From positions 32,001-96,000 of the IMG/VR virus record IMGVR_UViG_3300031952_000005: a stretch of 64,000 bases of DNA; one strand, written 5' to 3'. Position 1 is the first letter of the stretch; each line of letters starts with the position of its first letter. This DNA comes from a virus. Positions 30,046 to 37,749 of the stretch are shown here, one piece after another. The notes beneath the pieces were generated by a model that worked only from the letters and a program-made list of their open reading frames with translations, did no database searches and was not told the origin of the DNA. The translations under genes were made by a program, and so were the position numbers.

Positions 30046-31659
30046 TTAATTGATGAATTCAATTTCTGCACCATCTTGCATAAGTTGCAATAGTTCATCT
30101 TCTGATACTTGATATTCACCACCTTGTGCAAATGACTTTTTCATAAAACCACCATATCTGGCACTTTGAATAGGTGTTGTCATACCTGGTTGGAAATTTT
30201 GAGATGGTCCAACATTAAGTGTGTAATCACCAAATGGATTTGGACTATTATACGCCATACCAAAATCAGTATTTCCAGTACGTCTTAACATGTCTTCATA
30301 TTCTCTTTGTTGTTTTTCCGCTTCTCTTGAACGAATAGTATTGGCAAATGCACCTAACCCTGCTAGTGATTTTTGTGCATACTCCATTCCATTAAAAGAG
30401 TTGTTATTTATGTTATTATTTCTTCTTGCATCACGAATATATTTTTTCTCTAAAGGATTTGTCTCATAAAGATCATTAGGTTCTTCTGTAATTAATTGCT
30501 GTTCATCTAACATGTATTGGTCAGGTACATTATTATTTCCTTGCATTGGCGCAAATTGTGATTCATCAATAGTAGAATCTTCATTAGCAGGAATTGCAGG
30601 TTTTGGAAATTGTATTTTATTGTTATTAAAAGCATTCAATTGATTGCTGGTCATGTTATCTGTATTGAACGGTTGTCCAAAAGAACGTATAGCATTATTA
30701 TATTGATTATATGCATCAGCACCTTGCGCTCTTGCAGAAGCATCTACTGTTGTATTTTGTGGATATTCATTTGGATCAGGTGTGTTATTTTGTTGTGCGT
30801 ATGGTGGTCCTTGAGGATTACTAAATCCAAACTGTGCTTGTGGTAAAACACCACCATAAGCAGCAACCATAGAATCATACTCACCATTGTACTGTGGTTG
30901 TTTTGTAAAATCAGTATTTCTAATTTTGTTATAGTTTATTGAAGGAGCAGGTGTAAGGTTTGGAGCAGGAATATTATTCATATTATTAATATTTCTATTT
31001 CTGTTATAACCTAAGTCAGTACTAAAGTCCACAACATTTCCTAAACTGTTATTTGTATTTTGTAAAATATTACTACCAGGTTTTATTTTGTTACCAATCC
31101 ATTGTGCAGCTTTACCATATCCTAAAGCAGCACCTGCTGTAGCACCTACAAGTCCTAGTACACCAGAAGCGTCATTTAACAGTTTTCCAAATGGTCCTTT
31201 TCTTTCTGAAGTAAGCGCGTTGATTGTAGGATTAATATATGGAATACCTTGTCCAAATCCAACTGCACCACGTGCACCATAAGCACCACCACCTTGATAA
31301 GACTCCATCTCTTGAGACTCATCATTATCTGCATATGACATTGGAGCTTCTTGTTGCTGAGGTTCTTGCATTTGTTGTTGTTGCATTTGTCCAGCACCTT
31401 GTTGCACTTCAGCAACCATAGTCTGAATTGCTTGTTGCTGACCATTCTCATCAAGTTCCTGTAATTTTTGTACAATCATTTTGGGATCAACACCATGTAT
31501 CTTTGCATACATAGTAATTAACTGCATGATCTGTTCTTGCTCTCCTCCTTGTTGTGCTTTATGTAAACCACCATGTTCTAAAACAGTTAATGGATTAGTA
31601 AAGTATTCGTATGGTAATACAAATTTATTTTTTTCGCATTCTGTACACTTCTTATTCAT
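30046..31659 (-). CDS. Low-complexity internal virion protein, 537 aa, with multiple xxGG motifs
   Basis: Gln/Asn/Pro-rich; LEHGG, KAQQGG, SYQGGG, AAYGG-VLPQAQFG, ARYGG, FAQGG; hydrophobic GVLGLVGATAGAALGYG. Confidence 0.55.
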   Translation of the reverse strand: MNKKCTECEKNKFVLPYEYFTNPLTVLEHGGLHKAQQGGEQEQIMQLITMYAKIHGVDPKMIVQKLQELDENGQQQAIQTMVAEVQQGAGQMQQQQMQEPQQQEAPMSYADNDESQEMESYQGGGAYGARGAVGFGQGIPYINPTINALTSERKGPFGKLLNDASGVLGLVGATAGAALGYGKAAQWIGNKIKPGSNILQNTNNSLGNVVDFSTDLGYNRNRNINNMNNIPAPNLTPAPSINYNKIRNTDFTKQPQYNGEYDSMVAAYGGVLPQAQFGFSNPQGPPYAQQNNTPDPNEYPQNTTVDASARAQGADAYNQYNNAIRSFGQPFNTDNMTSNQLNAFNNNKIQFPKPAIPANEDSTIDESQFAPMQGNNNVPDQYMLDEQQLITEEPNDLYETNPLEKKYIRDARRNNNINNNSFNGMEYAQKSLAGLGAFANTIRSREAEKQQREYEDMLRRTGNTDFGMAYNSPNPFGDYTLNVGPSQNFQPGMTTPIQSARYGGFMKKSFAQGGEYQVSEDELLQLMQDGAEIEFIN

Positions 31660-31709
31660 AACACAAATTTTTAGTTACATGTTTATTATCACATGATTAC
31701 ATTACTAAT

Positions 31710-33728
31710 TTACAATTTATTTCTTGGATTTATTATGTTTTCTCTATAATATTCATCAAAGGGTACAGGACCTCCTACCACTTTTCTTTTCATAAAATCT
31801 ATAACAGTTTTACCAGGTGCAAGATATTTTGCCATTGATTGTTCATGTGGTAACTTGTTATTGACATTTGCATATAACATTCCTCCTAGTTCTTGTATTG
31901 CCATTCTATCAAATCCTGTCATATCACTGTAAGGACTTGACAAGTCACCACCATTTTTTTGTTGTTGTAATGTTGCTGCTCCTACTGCTGCAGGAACCAT
32001 TGCACCAAGTCCTATTTTATTTAAAGATTTTAATAATGCATTCATATCAAAATCTTCAACTTTTACTCCTTTTAAATATTCATGTCCTGTATTCATTAAA
32101 CTTTGCAGTTTGTTTTTGATTTCAGGAATATCTTTTTCTGTATAAACTCTGTTTCCTTTTATATCACCAAGAGATGCTCTTAATTCATTTTGTACTGCAA
32201 ATGCTTCTTCAGCAGGCATTCCAAAATCATTATTTTTTATCATAGGTTCCCAAGCTGCACTAGCAATTTTTTCTTCTTGCGGAGTTGCTTTTAATCTTAT
32301 AGATCTACTATGGGTTGCTTCATGCATTGCATCAGTATAAGCAGATGTTGTTGGAATATTTGATGTATTTGCTCTAAATTTATCAACCATTACTACGTCA
32401 TTCATATCCCCATGATTATTTGCAAGATAGTTACCTCGTGAATTTCCTAACTGTTCTGTTACATTTTCAGGATAATCTAAATTACCATTGTTTCTAAATG
32501 CCTGATATTCATTGTTTAACACAGGATCATCAATAAATCTTGCTTGTTGATTAGAAACATTAAATTCTTGATTAGGTCTAAACTCTTGTAATTTTTGTCT
32601 ATTAAAAGGTGAGTTTGAAAAAGCTGTAGCATCTGCATTAGCTCTTGCTAACTCTTGTTCTGCAAGTAACGCTTCTTTTTGTAAAAATGTAGGCGCAGAT
32701 GATGTTGATATAACAGGTGCTTTTTTACCAAATCCAAACAAGTTTAAATCTATATTACTTGCATTACCCATATTTCTTTTAGCATTAAATGCTGTTATAT
32801 ATGGATCTTCTACATATGGTGTGTATGTGTTTATATTTTTAGGTGCAGGAATAACATTACCATTAGCATCATAAAATATTGTATTTTCTAATTCTTTTGC
32901 AGCAGTATATTTACTACCCATAACATTTCTAAACACTTCTTCTTCTCTACTAATACCTGCTTCTCCTACCTGAGAAAGATATGGTTCTAATCCTTTTGCA
33001 GATTCTGCTACATATGGTCGATATTTACCAATTGATTCAGCAATTGAAGGAACTCTGTATTCTCCTGTAAACGGTAAAACTGTTTTTGAGTTTACAAACT
33101 GATTTGCTGCGGAACCAAGTTCTGTTAATGCTTTTTTAACAGGTCTTGCTACATATCCTAATGCTTGACTAACATAAGGACTTATTACTTCACCTACTGC
33201 ACCTGCTACCAGTGGTTCACCAATTGCTTCAACGTAAGGCGTATACGAGTCTTCTTGTTGTGCTCTCAAAGGTGCTTGACCTAGATTTGCTGCCATTTTA
33301 CCAATCCAACTTGCAGGATTTATGTAATCATCAACCACATTAGGTTCATCAGAAACTCTAAATTGTGATTCTAAACCTTTTGCAGATTCTGCTATGTTTT
33401 CTCTTGTCCAGTTTTCAGGATTTAAAGACACTGCAAACTTTTGATTTAAAGGATTTGCACTAGATTTTTTTCTATCAATACCTCTTTGTACACCTGGAAC
33501 ATTTTGTATAGTTCCTTGTTTATCAATTAATGCTTGTACTCTTCTTTGTTCTATCTGTTGCGGTGTAAGTTGTATACCTACTTTTGGTTTAAAGTTAGGT
33601 GTGTTATCTTTAGTAGCAACTGCTATCATTCTTTCATCTCGAGGTACTATTTTACCAAGTTGTGCTTTTGGTAATTGATTATTAGAAAGAAACTTTTCTA
33701 AAATAAACATGTTTCCTTGACGTGCCAT
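31710..33728 (-). CDS. Modular cargo protein, 672 aa, with zincin-like metallopeptidase module
   Basis: HEATH (32310-32324) followed by EEAFAVQNELR; LPKAQLG at the N-terminus; QKNGG, QELGG, KVVGG at the C-terminus. Confidence 0.6.
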   Translation of the reverse strand: MARQGNMFILEKFLSNNQLPKAQLGKIVPRDERMIAVATKDNTPNFKPKVGIQLTPQQIEQRRVQALIDKQGTIQNVPGVQRGIDRKKSSANPLNQKFAVSLNPENWTRENIAESAKGLESQFRVSDEPNVVDDYINPASWIGKMAANLGQAPLRAQQEDSYTPYVEAIGEPLVAGAVGEVISPYVSQALGYVARPVKKALTELGSAANQFVNSKTVLPFTGEYRVPSIAESIGKYRPYVAESAKGLEPYLSQVGEAGISREEEVFRNVMGSKYTAAKELENTIFYDANGNVIPAPKNINTYTPYVEDPYITAFNAKRNMGNASNIDLNLFGFGKKAPVISTSSAPTFLQKEALLAEQELARANADATAFSNSPFNRQKLQEFRPNQEFNVSNQQARFIDDPVLNNEYQAFRNNGNLDYPENVTEQLGNSRGNYLANNHGDMNDVVMVDKFRANTSNIPTTSAYTDAMHEATHSRSIRLKATPQEEKIASAAWEPMIKNNDFGMPAEEAFAVQNELRASLGDIKGNRVYTEKDIPEIKNKLQSLMNTGHEYLKGVKVEDFDMNALLKSLNKIGLGAMVPAAVGAATLQQQKNGGDLSSPYSDMTGFDRMAIQELGGMLYANVNNKLPHEQSMAKYLAPGKTVIDFMKRKVVGGPVPFDEYYRENIINPRNKL

Positions 33729-33732
33729 AGTA

Positions 33733-36700
33733 TTATCTTTTCTTTTTAGGTTTAACAGTTACCTCATTAAGTTCCATTGCACCATCTTCATTAGGTGTCA
33801 TTTGTCTATACAAATTATTTCTCCAGTTTTGTTCTACTTTGTAAGGATAACTTCCAGGATCTCTTTGGTATTTTTGTCTCATTTCATCTTCACCACTTTC
33901 TGTAAATGCACCTTCTGTAAAATTACTCATTGTTCCTTCATTAAATGGTATATAATCATCATCATTTTCCCAAGTAGTTCCAGATGCAATAGAAGAGAAT
34001 TGATTTCTTAAATAAGGAGAATATCTACCAACACCATCATCTAATGCATTGCTATTAACATCAGTATATAAATCATCTGTTTGGAATCCTCCAGATGTTG
34101 TACCATCTGCATTGACCATCTCTGGTCTAGTAAATCCAAATAAGTTTTTACTAAGTTTATTTTGTTCACCCCAGTTCTCTAAAACTTGTTTATCTTGTAA
34201 ATCCATTGCAGTCATAAGAGGTAATACTTTTTCCATATTATACAAATCATTTGGTGATTGTATACCAAACTTTTGTTTTAACTCAGTAGGAATACTATTA
34301 AACTTAATCTGTCCAGGTCCTACTGATAATCTTTTACCACCACCTACTGATGTTAAAACACTTTCTGCAATGTTTTCTGTAAGTGAACCTAATCCTTTTC
34401 CACGTGATGTAGTCCAGTTGTTTTCAGCACCTAGTTCACCAAATACATTTAGTAATGAATCTTGTATTTCTTCTTTAGACTTACCTGTCTTCTTAACAAG
34501 ATCATTTACTTTATCATTATCATTTGCAAATAATAAAAACTTATCCATAACATTTTTAGTAGTGTTATTGTAGTTTTTTGCATTAGGTGATATACTCCAT
34601 TTATATGACGCTTTAGATGCAGATTCTTTTTTTACAAAATCTTTTTTGTCTTCATAGTTTTGTTTTTCTTCAGGTGTTAATCCTAGAGGATTTGCATCAT
34701 TGTATGGATTAACTTTATAAATAGATGCAGAAGGTTCTGTTGATGTTCTTGCACGATCAAGTAAATCTGCTACATCACTTTCAGAATATGTTCTTTCTGT
34801 TTTCCAAAAATTATCAAAAAATCTAAGTTCACCATTTGCATTTTTACCTAAGTAAATCTGAGCGTGTCCTGGATAAAAATTACCTTGTTCATTTTTACGA
34901 TTGTTACGTTGCAACATATCACCTGGTTCAAGATTAGTTATGCCTTTAACACCATATCCATTGTTTGCAGTAAATCCATACTCTTTTGCATTCTTAGAAA
35001 AACTAGTGTTAGACCAATCTATGTTTTTCATTACACCTGCTTCTTTGTACACATCACAAACTCCACCAATACAACTGTTAGCAGATTGGTCAAGTGCTAC
35101 TGCAGCTTTTTTTAAATCATCAGGTACAGCAATATACTTACCAGTTTTGATTCTGTCTTCTGCAATTTGCACAACTCGCTGTGCCATTTCTTTAGTGTGA
35201 ACATTTCTGTCAGAAGGATTAATAACTTCTACTTCTGGTGGTGCCACCATGCTATCCTGTCTTTGTTTTTTTAGTATTTTTTCTATTAATGCAAGATTCT
35301 GTTGCATAGAACCATCTGTTAATCCTTGTGCTCTAGCAGTACTCCATGGTTGACCTGTTAGTTTTGTGTATTGTTCTGCTACACCATTTCCTGTTGTACC
35401 ACCAATGTCATAACGCTGGTGTTCACCACCATATTTGTTAGGAGAAACTGTTTTAAAAGCATCAACACCTCCAAAGCTTTCCATATTACCCATTCTATTT
35501 AAAAGATCAGGTGTCAATATTTCATCACTCATAATAAGAGATTTCAAATAATCAGGATTAGCAGTTCTAACTTTACCTGTTCTTTCGAAAATTGTATTAT
35601 TCATTTGATTTTGAAAATCTTGAGCATCAAATGCTTTTGCATTATTCCAGTCAGAAGCCAGTGTTTTTTTAAACATTGTTGGATTTGTAATATCTTGATG
35701 TCCAATATCGCCAAATAAACTTAATTTAGATTTAGTATTTTGATATTGCTCAGGAGTCATAAATTTTTCTTGAAAACTGCGAGGTACTAGTTCAGGAAAT
35801 TTTTTGTCAAATACTATATCAGCATCACTTAAAGGATATTCATCTGCAAATTCAAAATACTTATTCCAATAATTTTTTTCTTTTGCTATTTTATCAGCAA
35901 GTTCTTTGTCAGTATAAAAATCTTTTTCTGCAACTAATGGTTTTTTACCATATGTTGCTTTAACAATTTGTTCATCAACTGCATTGTTAAATGGTTCTAC
36001 TTCTGAAATACCTCCTTTGTTTGGTAACTCATCCATATATTTCCATTCACCTGTTGGAAAATTTTGTGTAGCATTACTATCATAAAATACTTTCTCACCG
36101 TCAATATTTTCAATAGCATTTGCAAAATCATCTCCTATTTTAGGTATTTTACCTTTGACCATTCCTTTTGTAAAAAACGGTAGTTTTCTTAAAGAACCTA
36201 ATTTTGAAAGAGCTTTTTCTTTTGTTAATATTCCTGCACCAATTAAGTTTGCAGGATCTGCAAAAACATTTAAAAGAGTGTCATCAAGATTTCTACCAAA
36301 TGCACTAGGACTATCAAACCATCCTTCCTTGGTATTATGTCCCCATGCTTCAGAAGGATCTTGAACTTTACCAGTTGTTGCATAAGTAAGAGCATGCTGT
36401 CCAACAGATGCAGGGTATTTTACTACACTACCTATTGCTCCTAATAAACCATCATCTGCATTATCTTTTAAATACTTATCTCTAGACTGTTCCCAGAATC
36501 CTCTAGGTCTTTTATAGTTATTCTGTATAGTAACTTCATCAAGTAGTATTGGAGAACGTTGTCCATCTTCTGTTACAACCTCACCTCTGTTATATGCTTT
36601 TTCATATTCTGGTGTACCATATTTTACTGTTCCTGCTTTTTGATACTTATTACTAACAGACATTACATCTGCATTCTTAAACCAGTTACCTGTGTAGTTT

Positions 36701-37749
36701 CCACCATTTTGCATTATCTTATTTTCATTACCACATTTGTGACAAGTACTAACATCATTACCACCATCTGCAGCTTTCCATAACCAACCACAATTAGAAC
36801 ACTTAATAGTCTTATTAAGTAATCCACCATACTTTGCAATAGGCATTTCAGATTGATCATTGTTCTGAGCAATGTTATTCATTAACCATATAAGATCTTC
36901 ATCAGAATAATTTTCTAATGCTCTGTTTTTACGACCAGTATTTTTTAACTGATTAAGATGTTCTTGTGTAAACTCTTCATAACCAGGATTATAGATACCA
37001 AGTTTTGCAGCTTCATATTGTAATGCTTTTTGATCAGCATAATTTTCATCTGCTCCTCTTGACATTTTATTATTTTTGTTTCTTGATTGTAGTTCATTAT
37101 AATCATATTGATTATAATATGGTACATTACTTCCAATGATAGAATCACTTGAGTCTAATACAGAATGTCCAAACTCATGTGCAAGTACACTGTCATTATC
37201 ATTTGGTAAAATAGATTTATCTTTTGTAACCCATTGTTTAAGATCTCTATTAGGTGAATGATGTATAGTATTACTACCAGTATTATAATAAGAACCATCT
37301 CTATTTTCATCAAGTTTGTATTTAGTTCTGTTTACATTTGCTTGTCTTCGTTCTAATACTTTCTCAACATCTTTGTAACCTGACTTTTCTAAATTCTCTT
37401 TATATAAAGGTGATTCTATATATTTATTAAACCATGTTTTTACATTATTAAATTCTTCTTGTGGTCCACCTTCTTGAGCAATAGGCATTTCTACTACACG
37501 CGTACCAGGATACTGATATTTTTGTCCAGGAAACATTTGTTGCTTATTACCAAATTCATCCATACCTATAAGAGGAGTACTTACGCCTTGCATAGTTATA
37601 GATGTACCTTGTGGTGTACCATAAATAGTATTACTAGGATTGTTTCTGTAAGGAGAATCATCCTTGTAACCTTGCATAGAAATATCCTGTTTTACTTTTT
37701 CATTTTGTCCAGTTATGAACTTCATCAAAATTTCTCTATTACCACTCAT
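33733..37749 (-). CDS. Multidomain cargo protein, 1338 aa: zincin, Zn ribbon, putative PG-binding module, NlpC/P60-like peptidase and lysozyme/transglycosylase-like domain
   Basis: HEFGH (37165-37179); CSNCG...CHKCG; NSCIGGV...LEPGDML...GHAQIYLG (Cys/His dyad of NlpC/P60/CHAP); FGELGAENN...SVGPGQIK (lysozyme-like E...GxxQ). Domains are separated by xxGG motifs. Confidence 0.7.
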   Translation of the reverse strand: MSGNREILMKFITGQNEKVKQDISMQGYKDDSPYRNNPSNTIYGTPQGTSITMQGVSTPLIGMDEFGNKQQMFPGQKYQYPGTRVVEMPIAQEGGPQEEFNNVKTWFNKYIESPLYKENLEKSGYKDVEKVLERRQANVNRTKYKLDENRDGSYYNTGSNTIHHSPNRDLKQWVTKDKSILPNDNDSVLAHEFGHSVLDSSDSIIGSNVPYYNQYDYNELQSRNKNNKMSRGADENYADQKALQYEAAKLGIYNPGYEEFTQEHLNQLKNTGRKNRALENYSDEDLIWLMNNIAQNNDQSEMPIAKYGGLLNKTIKCSNCGWLWKAADGGNDVSTCHKCGNENKIMQNGGNYTGNWFKNADVMSVSNKYQKAGTVKYGTPEYEKAYNRGEVVTEDGQRSPILLDEVTIQNNYKRPRGFWEQSRDKYLKDNADDGLLGAIGSVVKYPASVGQHALTYATTGKVQDPSEAWGHNTKEGWFDSPSAFGRNLDDTLLNVFADPANLIGAGILTKEKALSKLGSLRKLPFFTKGMVKGKIPKIGDDFANAIENIDGEKVFYDSNATQNFPTGEWKYMDELPNKGGISEVEPFNNAVDEQIVKATYGKKPLVAEKDFYTDKELADKIAKEKNYWNKYFEFADEYPLSDADIVFDKKFPELVPRSFQEKFMTPEQYQNTKSKLSLFGDIGHQDITNPTMFKKTLASDWNNAKAFDAQDFQNQMNNTIFERTGKVRTANPDYLKSLIMSDEILTPDLLNRMGNMESFGGVDAFKTVSPNKYGGEHQRYDIGGTTGNGVAEQYTKLTGQPWSTARAQGLTDGSMQQNLALIEKILKKQRQDSMVAPPEVEVINPSDRNVHTKEMAQRVVQIAEDRIKTGKYIAVPDDLKKAAVALDQSANSCIGGVCDVYKEAGVMKNIDWSNTSFSKNAKEYGFTANNGYGVKGITNLEPGDMLQRNNRKNEQGNFYPGHAQIYLGKNANGELRFFDNFWKTERTYSESDVADLLDRARTSTEPSASIYKVNPYNDANPLGLTPEEKQNYEDKKDFVKKESASKASYKWSISPNAKNYNNTTKNVMDKFLLFANDNDKVNDLVKKTGKSKEEIQDSLLNVFGELGAENNWTTSRGKGLGSLTENIAESVLTSVGGGKRLSVGPGQIKFNSIPTELKQKFGIQSPNDLYNMEKVLPLMTAMDLQDKQVLENWGEQNKLSKNLFGFTRPEMVNADGTTSGGFQTDDLYTDVNSNALDDGVGRYSPYLRNQFSSIASGTTWENDDDYIPFNEGTMSNFTEGAFTESGEDEMRQKYQRDPGSYPYKVEQNWRNNLYRQMTPNEDGAMELNEVTVKPKKKR
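36823..37491 (-). repeat. Imperfect 27-bp direct repeats encoding EMPIAQEGG (37465-37491) and EMPIAKYGG (36823-36849), flanking the zincin module
   Basis: Plus strand tccaccttcttgagcaataggcatttc vs tccaccatactttgcaataggcatttc; identical 14-bp core gcaataggcatttc. Confidence 0.75.
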
